Under the pieces are notes generated by a model that worked only from the letters and a program-made list of their open reading frames with translations, did no database searches and was not told the origin of the DNA. A DNA stretch of 64,000 bases, from contig OZ210885.1 in the NCBI GenBank assembly GCA_964658305.1, positions 13,330,001 through 13,394,000 of the forward strand. Direction: 5' to 3'. Shown here piece after piece: positions 21,831 through 36,080 of the stretch. Numbering within the stretch: position 1 is the first letter of the stretch; the number at the start of each line of letters is the position of its first letter. Source of the DNA: Leptogorgia sarmentosa. Its lineage: Eukaryota. Made by a program: the position numbers and the translations under genes.

Positions 21831-22641
21831 TGCACCAGTATATATCTGGGAAGGATAAAGAATTTATGTTCTTGAGAAAAACTAAATCTACAGTACCTAT
21901 TGGTTACCTGGTTCACCTTTGTCACTCTAATTGATTTCAGCTCTGCCATATAAATATATAAATTTAGCGAAGTTTGTTCGCAAGACGTCATATTGTTTAC
22001 TGGCCAACCTTTTCATACTTATATACTAATGAATATACGTCATGCGTGCGTTGGCCTACCTATGCTTCTACCTCACTTTTTCAATTTCATCAATTTGCAT
22101 CATCATCACTATCAGGGTCCGAATCCGGCACCAGCATAACGGCTGGTGTGCCGAGTTTGCAACCCACAACAACTCCTCAAACGCAAGTTTCGAGTCGTTT
22201 AAAAATAGATTTTCAGGTCATCGCCTCGCCGTCGACAATTAAAACAAATAAAATTTATATTAAAAGAAACATTAAAACATAAATGATGTAAAAATGGCAT
22301 TTTTATTCCATCAGCTAGGGTAATAATAATATAATATTTTGTAAACTGTGCTTCATTGTTTTTTTTTATTTATATGCTTGACATACCTTAACAGTTTCAA
22401 CATTGCATTTTGAAAGTTGGGTGTGTCGCTTCATCAGAATGTTAACGTTCACCTTGACGTACAGTATTGTGAAAAATGATCCATGTAAATTGTCAGATTC
22501 GGAGTTACAATACAGTGGACATCTAAGTTATTAACATTAACCATAATAATGAAATAACATCATTATGACTCTCATAAAGGGTTCTGTGGCTTTATGTAAA
22601 CAACATTATAATCATATGGTAATGCATGTATATTATGTCTT

Positions 22642-22800
22642 ACCTTCTTGAAAATGTCCAAATGAACCAAAATAGCATGAAAAATAATTACATATTTGTC
22701 CTTGTTTCTCGCCAGCAGTTGTCCATTTGCAGATACAGGCGACACACGTATAGTAAGACATTGATAGTGAGGGTACTATCATGATACCATAATTGATATT
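22642..22800 (-). pseudogene. Fragment of a Sola-like DDD transposase
   Basis: WYHDSTLTINVL..LYLQMDNCWRE(fs)KDKYV..LVHLDIFKK, followed by a GT donor. Confidence 0.5.
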
Positions 22801-23049
22801 CTGAAGGTTTAATCAGGGGTATAATATAGTGCGTGCAAAATTTGATGCTGGCGGAGGTATGCAGTCTTTGAATGCCCTCTAGTATTTTGATGTTACTCTT
22901 AGTGTCTGTGCCAAATCATGGACAAGCTCTTATACAATGTTGTTGAGATTATTATTTATTATACATTATATATATGAATCTGCACATTATTCCTACGTAC
23001 ATTTCTATTTCGTATCTTAAACATATATATTTCCTATGGCATCAAAATG

Positions 23050-23925
23050 GTTTAATAAAGTTGAGAGGCAAAGGTGAAGTAAGGTTCTTTGAGTAAATAA
23101 TTTTGGTTCTTTGTTCCTTGTATGCAGCAATTTCGTAACTTTGATAATGTTCAGAAAACCTCAGTTTCCTTTTCAAACACAACAAACATTGCTTTAGAAA
23201 AACTCCTTTGTTGATGACCACTATTTCAACAATTTCACAGAATTGTGGAAACTCCCCATCATCAAATCCAACATGAACAATGGCACCAACTTTATATTTT
23301 GTTCCATGGACTGATATCCATTTGGTCCTGTTAAGTAAACAGCAATCCAGTTAGTCAACAGTAATAATAGCATGCTAGTTGCACTGGACAAGGATGATTT
23401 CAGAATAACACATCACACAATTTGCCATTTGTTCTACATTCGATGAAGTCCCAGATCAATAATCTTTAAATGAATTACCTTCAATTAAGTCATTGTAATC
23501 AGAATCCCCAACATAAGAAGCCCTACCTATAATAACAGGTAAATCTTATTTAAATTTATCAGAAATATCTATGGGATTAACACATGACTAGGCATAAACA
23601 ATGCCTGCAGGCTGCAACCTTTGCAAAAGAAATCTTTGCCTCTGACTCTACCACACATCTTTGACAGATTTTACATGCAGTACACTCATTTAACTTCATG
23701 AACATAATTTTTTTTACGTGGACAATTTCAATCCCTTTGTCAATAAATGAACTTGCACCACCTTACGCAGATTGTAACCGATAACAAACCCCCTCTTGAT
23801 GTCTTTTGGCCAACGAGTATGATGCGTTGATGAAATTGCCAATCACAATAGCCAATCTCTTAAAATAATGGTGTTTAGCTTCATACCGCATACACCAACT
23901 TCGCACCAATGGCCCAAATCTGTTG
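23050..23925 (-). pseudogene. EnSpm/CACTA-type transposase C-terminal exons
   Basis: FGPLVRSWCMRYEAKHHYFK..NFINASYSLAKRHQ; downstream exon WISVHGTKYKVG..FPQFCEI. Confidence 0.75.
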
Positions 23926-24329
23926 AAATGTAGGAACAGAAAAGAAGGAAGTTTACTATACAGTATAATCAGATGCACTAGAAGAGAATGAGTACTAACA
24001 ACATGCAATCTCATTTTCTAGCCAGCCTTCCCTTTACCCTTCAGACAAAACAGATATCTCTGGGATAATCTGAGTTTTTCTTGACTTCTCAAAAAAACCA
24101 AAAATATATATATATATATATGATTCCTCTTGGATGAAACAGGCTGTAGTGGCACCTTTTTGAGGCAAAACTATACTATTTGCTCTATCTATATGGTATC
24201 GAGCACTCTTTTGGCATTTCGTTAACCAAAACTTTATCGTATATATTTATATATATATATATATATTACTGTATAGCTATACATATATATATAACCACTG
24301 GCAGTTCAATAGTTCCCATGCAGTTAAAG

Positions 24330-26025
24330 AGTACTTATCTCTACTTTGAACATTCCACTTTGTATTTTGTATACGCTTTCGCAACTCCTTCAAAGGCACT
24401 TTTAACATCGCTCGGCACTCTTTCATTCATGAATACTATTGACTGGAGCATTAGCAAACCATACTCGTGTTGTTTCGGGTAATCAAAATTTATCAGATAA
24501 AATGTTCCAAGGAAAGCCACCACAGCCTCTGTAAGGCACTACATGCTAACTTGCAGTAGTATCATTTTTCCAACAATAACATACACAGTTAATTTTTCAT
24601 CGGCGAATACTAACACAGGGAGATTTCCAACCTGCGTTGAACAGAATGAATCTGCATCCTCATGGTCCTACAAAAGAAAATTTGTTATAAATAACTGAAA
24701 CTGGACACAGGACGATTGGGACTCAGAACAGTTGGGACACATGGACATCCGTTCGTTTACCGTTTGTTTTGCCATTTGAACGAAAAATCGTTAACGTATG
24801 AAATCCCATGGAAGGTCACATTTGTCTTTATGATGTATGAATTCTAAGTTGATGCCACGATTACCTGTAATTCATGGACCAATTCCGGTGCTTTTTCTAT
24901 GGATTCGGTCGTGGAAATATAGTTGAAATTTTCTTTACCACATGGCTAATTTTCAAACCTGTGCAAAATAATACGATGTTATTTCAAACAAGTGCAGTAG
25001 AGTGACATAAAAAAATTGATCTATCTGTGCACAACAGGAGTGTAATGCCAAAAGGGCTGTATAATGTTGAACAATATATACTTGCATTATAAATGCATTT
25101 AGCAGGACAGGGCAAGCAAATTTATGAAATACTTTGTTAATATTTTACAATGTGTTCATTTTTCTAGATACCTGTCAGTGTGAAATCTCTATACAACTTA
25201 AATATATATTCAAACTTTTAATTAGTTGAACATTTGAAACAATGTTATATCGCGTGTATGTAAGTCAGTAACCAATTGGGGAAATTGGACACATTTAACG
25301 CAGAGTTACAGTCTCGAGAATCCCCCAGTTCAACATTTAATTATGCCAAGTTGTCGTTCTTTCTAAACGCCGACATGTTCGAATTCGTGGTCGTTTAGGC
25401 TTGACCATTAGAAGGGAATGCATTGATATGCAAAGCTGTAGTAGCTCCTTTTTTTAGCTAATGCTTCAGATTTTACCTATAGCACAAAAAATGAGAGAGA
25501 AAAGTGACGTTTTATTGGAATAACATAAGTACTAACACTGCTAAACATTTTAGACTACATATTAGGCGGTCATTACAAAATTTGTAAATTAAGCCTCCCT
25601 AAATTTAATTTCATATTTAGTCTTTGTAAATGATTGTCTAATAATTATGGTTTTTCACAAAAATGAAAGGATATGTATCCCCAATGTCCTTCAGTAAATG
25701 CTTCTGTCCAATTACCATCTGCCGCCTGAAAGAGTATGTTAATTCCATTTTCTTGCTCACAATTAATCTCTTGGTTCGGCTGTCGTTTCTTCTTTTCTTT
25801 TTGCATCCATGCAATATGGGCTCTACATGAAGATTTATCTTCCCCATCGACTCAAGGAGGTGCCCAGTTCACAATACCTCTCCGGACAACAGCCCTCAGT
25901 TTTGCTGCATTTTATGCCCATCTGCATTCTTTCTTTTTCTCGCAAGAACAATGGGATCATTCTCTCGTTTCGGAGCTCATTTTTAATGTTATCTCCAAGA
26001 TATCTACTGTATACCAAATTTCCTG
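24330..26025 (-). pseudogene. EnSpm/CACTA accessory (ORF2-like) gene remnant, spliced
   Basis: MELTYSFRRQMV..DTYPF and AVVAFLGTFYLINFDYPK..LQSIVF motifs, typical of animal EnSpm second ORFs. Confidence 0.6.
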
Positions 26026-26544
26026 AAAAAATATGATATATTTAATACCCAGTGATGGATAAAACTCTCTACCTAAGTATTTGTTGTACTTTAAAGTCAA
26101 ATTGCAATTTACAAATCACAAAATAAAATATTTGCATAACCACCACCACTTATAGTGAAAATACAATTTCGGCTCTAATATTTGATCAACCTGTAATGTT
26201 TGATCAAATGTGACATTTCATTGCAATTTGCAAGGATGGGGTAGGGGAGGGGTGTTATTATGGTTTTTAATTATTCGCACAATACGACTGATGTCCTAAG
26301 ATCATTGGTGTCCCAACTACTTATGAATGTGATTGATCGTACATATCACTATATATTATATTCGTGAAATGGCATCTAACGTCCCACAAACGAAGATAAC
26401 GGGAAAGGACGATGAACCATCCTTGATGATGCTCTATGCATCTTTATCTTCCTATAAACGGGCATATAAAGAAAAATATACAAGTAATATAATCAAACAA
26501 TGAACTAATATTGTTAGCATATTAATTGCGAATTACATGTAACT

Positions 26545-26720
26545 TTGTACGGGTGACGAAAGCGGTAGCGCATTGTGGCTCTCACCACCGCAAAACCTAA
26601 GACAAATCTGGGGTGACATTTCACGTGAGTGGATTTCGTGTGGTCGATCTCCCCTGCGTTCCGATCGAGGGTTTTTCTCCGGCCACTCCAGTTTTCATCC
26701 CTTTCCATGCATGTTTCGGA
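26545..26720 (+). mobile_element. tRNA-derived V-domain SINE, degenerate
   Basis: Decayed tRNA head, then GGGTTTTTCTCCGGCCACTCCAGTTTTC resembling the V-domain core. Confidence 0.55.
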
Positions 26721-27615
26721 AGGAAAAAATATAAATCTTGTTTCTTCTACATTGTTGGCAAGGTTCAAGCTCTTCATTTTTCGTAGGAACTTCACGAGTT
26801 GATCCAAATTCCACTTCTAAACAATACAAAAAATAATTAAAAGTATAAATTATTTCCCTAAAACGATAGATGTATCTTTGAATGTCGCGTAGAACTTGGT
26901 ATTTTTTTAAATCTAAATTTTTTTAGTATTTTGAAAAAATAGAATAGCAGTCATGCGACTAAGGCAGCGAGGCTACAATTCAAATAAACACGCGATAATA
27001 CATACGCATTTCATATATCATTTATAAAAGAAGTTTTACTTTAATTAATGATGCCAAAATATGTCACAAAATACAACAACTTTTGAAAAGCTTTTGCTAT
27101 TCGAAAAAGTATAGAATTTAAATTACCAATTCATATTCTGTTTGCGCCGTTTTTCACCTGGCAATACAGGTTCTCCAACATTGGCCGATATATTCAACTC
27201 AGCTCGAGATTGTCCTGATGTTGTTGATAAATTAGCTGGAGCAAAAGATGGATCTTGCTGGATCCTTCGGAAGAACCCACAAGGTACAAGCTCATGCTTC
27301 CGAAGCTGAAATCTACATAATGAATCTTGCAAATAGTTTTTTAAATTATTTTAATTAGGTTTGGTGTTATATTCATACAGACCAAGGTGGATTAATTTGT
27401 GTTGGTTGGAAAGAAGAATAGTCCAGTAAGTTCGACAGTCCCATCCGATTCGTCCCCGGTTGACCCAGCATTTCCCGGCCGAAAACAATTTACTCGATAA
27501 GCGTGGTGACGTTATAACGTGCTCAATAAGAGCAGAACTGAGTCATTAGACATTCGAAATATTTTCTTGTCAACAGAGATAACTTTTCTCATATGAAGAA
27601 TCCCTTAGTCTGCAA

Positions 27616-28355
27616 CAGCGCCGGATTAACCCATCATTGGGCCGGGAACACACAAAAAGTAAAGATCCGTAATTTGGTGAATATGAAAACATGAAACGTA
27701 TATGTAATCAAATTGAAAGTCCTGTCCATTATATCGTCAAAAACTATTATATGCATGAACATAGGGAATAGCATTTTAACGTGAAAGTGGCATTTACCAG
27801 CCACTTCAACATTAACTTAAGTGAGTCCACTATTTCGTGTTCAATGCTAAGCATAAGCGTACGGGCCACATTTTTTCAGCGGGGGGCAGAAAGTTTATCT
27901 TTGCCCGAATTTGAGGGTAGCGAATGTCACGAGGTGCCACCATGGTTGGCGCCGAGCGAGAAATTTCTGAACCTTTACAACCTCTGGATTGCCGGAAACG
28001 GCGAGTTCAGAGTCCTAACTCTACTTTCTTGGTACGCTCGTTCAGGTGAACGACTGGAGGATTGTTGACATTACCTTATTCCACAGATTTTCGCCCGAAT
28101 TATGCTCAAAATCAGTGCCCCGAATTTTCCAATTTGAAATTTTTGTCTGTCTATAGACGCAGATAATTCTTGAGTAATTTAGGACTGTAGAACTTCCTGG
28201 CTTTCAATTGACTAATTTTTAATCAAAACCAATTTTTTCGAAACCTCACAGCAACTGAAATTTTTTATACATTGTTTTTCTTGGGCCGATAAATAAGCTT
28301 TTGAGCTGGGGCCGGGGACAAATGCCCCCATTGCCCCCTAGATAATCCGGCACTG
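27616..28355. mobile_element. hAT MITE
   Basis: TIR CAGCGCCGGATTA/TAATCCGGCACTG; perfect 8-bp TSD GTCTGCAA. Confidence 0.9.
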
Positions 28356-29179
28356 GTCTGCAAACAAAATTATAAGGATCGATGCATGGTCCAGTGTTGT
28401 ATCTGTAAAACACTGCTGAAATTAAAAAAATTTAGAAAATATGCCTAAGAGATAATGACGTCTGAAGTTCAGTATGGTTTGCTGATAATGCTGTAAATGT
28501 GACGACCATTGCAAACATCATTGGTAATTTTACTTTTATTGACAAATATTCTATAATAATTCGATATTGTAAACCAGCAAATACAACTAAAAATCTACAC
28601 TAAAGTTGAAACAAAATCATTTTCAAATATACAGTTGCCTCTTATATTAATTAGGCGAATTGCTAAACATTTCCACATATGTTCACTGTTTAACTTATTC
28701 AGTGATACTATTTTAACTATCTTATACGTTTACTATACCGTCATTGAGAATTAAGAGAAAATTCTTAGCATGACGTTTTCTCGATAATTATTTACAGCAT
28801 GGACTGAATAAAAATGTTTGTAATAAGACAGGTGAATTCAAAACACGCAGAGTGCCACTGAAATATTTTCCCTTCCACCCCATTTCTCCTCCCGGACAAG
28901 TATTTTTGAAATACTGGCAGTAGGGATATTGAATAATGAATGAAGTAAAATGTATTAAACATTGAATCAGAAATAATCAATTTCCATCCATTTCCAGTAA
29001 ATATGAAGCCTGCGTCTATTATCAAATTTAAGACTTTCAAAAATTTCCAGTAATGCGCCGATATAGAAATTAACCGATTTTCTGACACTGATATTCAAGG
29101 AACGATATTGTCCCATACACCATGCAACAAGTCAACTAGCGCTTTCAATATCCTATTTCGGTTCGAATTTCACAACTAA

Positions 29180-29422
29180 AGGCTGCATTCCAGTTACCCG
29201 TTTTAACACGTACGTGTACGCACGTAAAAGTCTAAATCTCTCTATATTTCATTCTATTAATAAAATACCTTTAGAGACACATACTACATCATTCAAGGTA
29301 TCAGATGCTTTACATGTATTCATGTGATTGCATAGAAACTAACGTTGAAATCAATTTCATTAATTTTTACGAGCCTACACGTACGTACGAAAAACGGAAA
29401 ACAAAAAACTGGAAAACAGCCT
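29180..29422. mobile_element. PIF/Harbinger-like MITE
   Basis: AGGCTGCATTCCAGTT...AACTGGAAAACAGCCT; TAA TSD. Confidence 0.7.
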
Positions 29423-30279
29423 TAAGATTTATTCTGAAAATTTCATCTTAAGTATCATGTAAGAACGACCAGCACTTGAGATAAATGTAGCCATTGATCG
29501 CTGATATCTTGGAATATGGTGAAATATCAAGTTAGTACCTACTGACCAAGCATGAGGTGTGCACGGTAAATATCAAACCGAGGCCAATGTCAAGGCATCA
29601 AAACCGAGGTTTGAAAGTTAACCATACAGACGAAACAGTCCAAGTCAACGAAAAGATGAAGTCTGCCTATTTTCGCACGGAACTGATACTCAATTTTTTG
29701 CACTATCTTTTTTTCACGTAGATTTTGAATTACGAATATTTGAAAAGTGCGAGATGTTGGAACATTATATTTTGCCAAAGGTAAAGTTTTCAACTCTGTC
29801 GCCCTTAAATGAACTGTGCCCATTACGTAATAATTTCACTGCAACATTCAAATAGTTTTCAATATCTCTACTTTTGAGTCTCCGAAATACCTAGAATGCT
29901 GGTTGTTTTGGTAAAAATAGTCATAATCGAATGTTAGTCTACAGCGTGTCCCAAAAAAAACGCAAACCATTGATTATTTGACTTTGAATGCCCTAGCACC
30001 AAGCTAATCCCTAACCTAAATCATTCCGGACGCACATTACAAGTACATCTCAATTTCTTAATCACTTTTTACGCATTTTTTCGAGTTCAAATTCAAAGGG
30101 CTTTCAAATTCCAACATTGTTTTAATTTCAATGGTTTTGGCTTTTTGAGTCTTTGTTTTACTTTATATACATTTTATAGTATTTATCATTGCAAGAAATA
30201 TTGATATTGCTACCTCACATAGCTACTTGTTTCTACGTTTAATATTCATCTCAGCAATGTTGCAATTTCTCTTAAGTCT

Positions 30280-30605
30280 TCAACCTTTTGGTTGCAGTTG
30301 TTTTGAATGCGAGGATAACTTATTAAGACGAAGGAAGCAGACCCGACCTCCTGCCAGGCCAACACAAACCATTCCATTTGAGCCACATGCGATGGCTAAA
30401 ACATTCCGGTCGAAATGAAACTCTTCAACATAGTCTCCATTTGGTAGGTTCCACAGTTTCAGCGTCTTGTTAAAATGCGTGCATGACAAAAGAAATTTAC
30501 CTGCAAGCGCTAATGCCAACGCTCTGATACGTTCAGCCTTTTGAAGTGGAAATCTGTGGAGAACCTTTCCAGTTATGAAGTTCTCAATCACCAAAGAACC
30601 ACGAC
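30280..30605 (-). CDS. WD40-repeat protein, last coding exon (8 of 8 seen)
   Basis: AG acceptor; GRGSLVIENF..TLKLWNL..VCVGLAGGRVCFLRL; stop at 30280. Confidence 0.8.
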
Positions 30606-31010
30606 CTAAAAATGTGATTTAAAATTTTTAAATCTGCTAAGGCAATGTTACGCGGGGCAATTTTGGATTGATAGCCATGTTTTCTATTTATAGTGGCTGT
30701 TACGAACGAAAGATTTTGATCGCAGAGCATACCCAATGTTCTTTACCGAGACAATTTTGGTACAACGTGAGACGTATTTTAATTTGGATTTACAGCCATT
30801 TTATCGAACCGGCATTTCACGCGAATCAATTTTTGCCATCAATTGCGAGCTGATATTGGATTGTTAGCCGTGTTATCTAACGGCTACGTTATACCGAATA
30901 ATTATTTTGCCAATATTTGTGACGCAATTTTAGCTTCATGATGATTTATGTTGCAGGTATGTTACCCAAAGGAATTTGTCGCAAGTGGCAATTTAATTTC
31001 GAGTACCGAT

Positions 31011-31217
31011 CCGCCTCTTCAACAGGCGCTTTTATGCCTTCAATAGAAATTAGTAATAGGTGCGGGCGTAAATTTAGGGATGCGCGTCTTGACACCTTGG
31101 TAGTCTAGACACCTCAACTTTCCCGCAAGTGTAAAACATTCCCGCGCATATTTGACTTGGAGCCCGCACAAATTCCTAATTTCTATTAAAAGCATAAAGC
31201 GCCTGTGGGGAGGTAGG
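31011..31217. mobile_element. Small foldback MITE
   Basis: ~45-bp inverted arms ACAGGCGCTTTTATGC..GTGCGGGC / GCCCGCAC..GCATAAAGCGCCTGT. Confidence 0.65.
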
Positions 31218-32326
31218 GTCCAGAGGACACGTTATATAAGTTGCTGTCTCAGAAATTGTTGACGTATACTGCAACCAAACTCGCTTTTCGCAGTTCTTTA
31301 CATAACATTTTAATTAGGGAATATTATATTAGTAGAGTAAACAGGGACTTATCTGCAAATATTTTCAGCGCGTCTCGTCTAAATAACATAGCTTTAAATC
31401 CGACCAAACATGCAGCTAAAACTGCCTGATCTAAGGGTCAATTAGTCAGGGAACATTGCTGACCGATATAGCTGATGTGGAAACATGCCTATCTATCAGG
31501 TGATCTCAATACACGTAGAAGGTCTGGGACTAGATGTCGCGTAGCATACATTTTTCGATTGAAACAAATGAATTTCTGCTATTTCGATTCCATATTTTTG
31601 TATGCTATAGTTCTGGTAACCAAACATAATTACGAAATTTCAACTAGTTTCATGCAGAATAACGGAAGATATAATCGAGTGAATATAGCGAAATGGATTT
31701 CTATTCGGACAACCCTTTCTGAGCACTGACTGGCTAAGACACGAACGACTGAGCTAAAGAAAGACTGCAGAGAGTGCTCGTATCAATTTTCTCATAAAGG
31801 AGTGAGGCTTAATTGCAGGATTCGCATAATCCAGTGTTTCTCAGATCAGTGGGTGGTCTATCCACGACAGGTCTTCCAACTTGCCTTGGGTTTTCATTTT
31901 CCCGGGTGAAAATTGCAGGGTGGACTTAGTACCCTCGCCAGGCCTTACGCTCGTACGCTCGGGGAAAATACATACCGAAGCGGTGGGTAATGCTCAAAGT
32001 TTCCGTGCGAATACTTGTTAGATAACATAGTTGCAAGTCAAACTGGTAATGCACGTGGTGTTTCGTGAGGTTAAGCCTACTGGAATGCGGTATATTCGCA
32101 CGGGAGGTTTCGCATTCGGAGGTTCAAAATGCATCATATTCGCATGTTACTTCCATTGCTTGGATAACTTCTTGTTGGTTTGAAAAGACTCGTGTCTAGG
32201 CAGTTGTGCAGTGGACGGGGAAACAAGGGCGTGGACGGAATGTCGGAGAGTAAGGCTGTGCTGATACTAGAAGAATTGCGCAACCACACGTTGTTGCAAT
32301 TGAGATTAAAAAATGAAATAAATTAC

Positions 32327-32582
32327 CTAAAATAGCCACATGGCTGCCAGAATTGTTCACCCTTAAAACTCTTCTGGTAAAGAGTTCAGATTTCTCGTCA
32401 TCCAACTCTTTGTTCAGTTTCCACTTTCTGACCGATGTTCTCTCTTCAACTCCATTAGGAACTCTACTGTTGCAAGAATAAACACGAAAAAGGAAGTTCT
32501 GGACAACGCGAATTGTTTCATTTCTAACCCACGCATCTGATAAGTAACGATGCACAATTACATTGGCATTGATCCGCGCAAC
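32327..32582 (-). CDS. WD40-repeat protein, exon 7
   Basis: AG/GT borders, phases 0 and 1, compatible with both neighbours. Confidence 0.75.
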
Positions 32583-35475
32583 CTGTCAAAATAATAATTT
32601 ACTGTTTAATACAACATTGTTGCATTCGTTATTTTCTCAGCAAAATAAGATGAACGTCTTCCGATTGTTAACACTAATTATTAATATGTATTTTAAATTA
32701 AAAAATTCCGATGAAAGTTTGTTTGCTTCGTTGCGTGAAACTGCTTGAAACGTAACAAAGTAATTGAAAAAATAACCTTCAGAATTGGAATTGTTGAATT
32801 GAATTTACACATGCAGTATTAGTGACTGAAGGCAAGCCGCAAATCGTGTTTGTTGAATTGAATTTACACATGCAGTATTAGTGACTGAAGGCAAGCGCGC
32901 AAATCGTCGGGGGGGGGGGGGGGGGGGGGTTTTGTGCAGGAAACATTGAGTTTAAATGTAAATGAATGCGTTTCCCAATTATCGTATCAGCATTCAGCAG
33001 TTATGTTTCGTAAAATTATGCTGCTAAATTACTGTAATATGTGCGAAGCACGAGTGGTATTACAACAAACATATATGCAATTAATACTGCGTTGTTTTGG
33101 TTGTTTTTAAAATCAACGCCGGCTCGGAACGGTGTAATTAATAAAAATAGTTAGTACACGCCTCTGTAATTAATGTTTAATTCGTACAGTTCTTGAAAGT
33201 TTTGACAATCAACGGAATTGACAACAATGATATAAAAATAAGAATTAACTGTATTCACAATGTTGATATGTACTATCCTCTTTTCAAATTGTTTATTACG
33301 CACCGGTTAACTTGTTACACATGCAAGAAGGATACAGTTGCATTGGTGTTTACTTCAGTTAAATATGATGCGTTGAATTATATAATTCGCTCCATAATTT
33401 ACGTCTTGGTATATCTATTTTCCCAGTAAATTGCTGTAACACGTTAGGTTTTAGATTAACTTTGGTGTCCGCCGTACGAATTTTCTTCCCTCTATTCAGA
33501 TAATTTTTTTTGTCATACCCTTTCCTTTTTCTTTATGACTCAAATATAAATATTTTTGTTTATTCAATCATATCTAGTTATTTTTCTCTTACTTTGTTTT
33601 TAAACTTAGTTCGGGAAGGCATGCGCGCCGTTTTTCCTGCTTGTGGATCAAACTTTACGTTATACAAGATTTATTTTCTTTTTGTAAGAATTATTTCTTT
33701 GTCAAACTTGCAGATGGTTGAAATTTTTGTAGGTATTGCGATTATTACAAAAATATGATATAGTAATAAAACTACATGACCATATGAAACCATGATACAG
33801 AAAATCAAGATATTTTGAAACTTGATTCAATGATTTTTAAGCCGAAAATACATTTCATACTATCCAGCTATAGCTCTATAGTTGTTGTTTGCCCAAGTCG
33901 AGTAGTTTTATAACAGAGATACCAAAGTTACTGTAGATACCAAAAAATACACAGTACAAGAGTGAGATATTTCCTATTTCTTCATTTGTGAAGATATCGA
34001 TCACGTGATCGTTTCCCGGCAATAAATTTGAGTTTTTAAAATGGCGACGTTAGTGCAAGAGCCGCGAACCAATCTTCATTGTAGTTTAATAAAAAAAGAA
34101 CATGCTTTTGACGAAAAAATGAAAATAGTACAGAAAAAAGTAAAATGATCCACAGGTTATCTTTAAATTTCGATATGATGTAATTAGCTGAAATTTTTAA
34201 TTTTGAAATAATCAGTTTTACTGACTGGGGGTTATTAATATTTGCGACTGTATAATAAAGAGTCGTAAAATATTGTTTTCGCGCCAACAACAATGTTGCA
34301 ATGTTTGTACCGATACATTGCAAAGTGTAGTCTACAAGAACGAAAGTTTAGGCAATCAATTTTGATATTCCTCATCTCAGTAAGTGCGCAATTGCAATTC
34401 AAAACGACATTGACAATTTAAAGACATGGACAGAATATGTTGTATGTAAGTGGTTTTAAAGGGTAAACTTGGTCAAAAGAAAGCCACATATTCGAAAAGC
34501 AATCGCAAGACGCGACAACATGAATAAATTTGAAGGAGGTATTTAAAATATGCCATATCGTATGTCGCCCAGTTGAATTCCATTGCAATTTGATATTTGG
34601 AATGCGATATATTTATGAAAGCTTATATCAAGTCTTCAACGCACAACCTCGCGTTTCAGAAATCAGTACTTTCGGAAAAACAGTCGCGCTATTTGCTAGC
34701 GGAATACTATTTTATACATGCCAGGTGACACATATTCGGGACAGATCCAACAAGTCGCGCATTAACAAGTTTGTACCTCCGCGCTGGTATAGCTTGGGCG
34801 CAAATACATGTACACTTGTGTACCTATTTTTAAATAAATGTAGTGTCATGCAGATGTACGAGACTGCAGAGTATATTAAACTACCTAGGCTAACTGAACG
34901 CGTGTTTTCCGAAATTTTTCGCGCTTTTATTAGTTTAGGGAATATTTAACAATTGGACAACGAGACCGAGTAGGTAGTAACAAACTCAGGTAGCGTGCTT
35001 AACCATACGGAAAGATCTAATCTTAATGCGATTCTCGCCATGGAATCTGTAACAATGAAATGCACACCATGTTTTTTCTTTTTTTTTACACTTTCCACAG
35101 TGCACAAAACATCGATCAGCGAAAAAACAAACATGCACACGACTTCAACACCGCCATTCATTTGGTTGTGTTCTTCCAGTCAAGGGCTGAACGAGGGGCT
35201 TTCTTCCAAATTTGTCTCCCGATTTCCAAAATAATGCTTGGAACAAAGTTAATTCACTCTAGAAGCGCTTCACAACTGATGAGCATGGTATGTGTTATTC
35301 ATGTACTGCAAAAAGTGCAGCTCAACTACAACAAATATTAAGCCCTAAAAATAACGTTTCACAATCTTGTTCGGTAAAGAGACATCACGAAATTTAAATT
35401 GCAGCTCAACCTATAACAAGTAACACGTCCAAAAATTACATTTGAAAATCTCGTTTGGAAAATGATAATTCATAC

Positions 35476-36080
35476 CTTTTCGTCAGAAGCAACTATGATA
35501 TCATCCGAGCAGGGCACGAATTCAAACGCGGTAATGGGATCTGAACAAATGTTGTCATGTGACCATATTAACGTCGGCAAGTTTTCTTCAACATTCCAAA
35601 GCTTCACAGACCCACCGATAGACCCCGATGCAAAGCGACGTGAACGATCATGACCTCCTAGCTCCCCTTTAACTTGAGAAATGGCATCCTCGTGTGCTGG
35701 GAATTTCGACTGCGATTTATTGTTAAGATGAAACCATAACAGTTCTCCGTCATCACAACCAAGCAATGCATAGTTTGAACCAAGAGCAGTAATGCAGGTG
35801 ACTTTAACTTCTGGTTGACCCAAATTAATGCTGGCCTCGATATCATCAAAAGTTCTTAGTTCGACCCTGTTTGCCTCGTCAACAAAAACGAAACGGACAT
35901 CATCACTTAATAAGCACACAAAACGTATGGCGACTCCAGATTCGGTCTTTGCGAAGGTTTGAACGATTTTACAACACTCTATGTCGACCAGTGACAATGT
36001 CCCTGAACTGCTTCCAGACAAAGCAAATTTCCCATCCGATGTGATGTCAATTGCTGTAACTATCGAGTCGTCAGGGTGAC
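35476..36080 (-). CDS. WD40-repeat protein, exon 6
   Basis: GHPDDSIVTAIDITSDGKFALSGSSSGTL..AHEDAIS..FASGSIGGSVKLWNV; phases 1 and 0. Confidence 0.88.
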
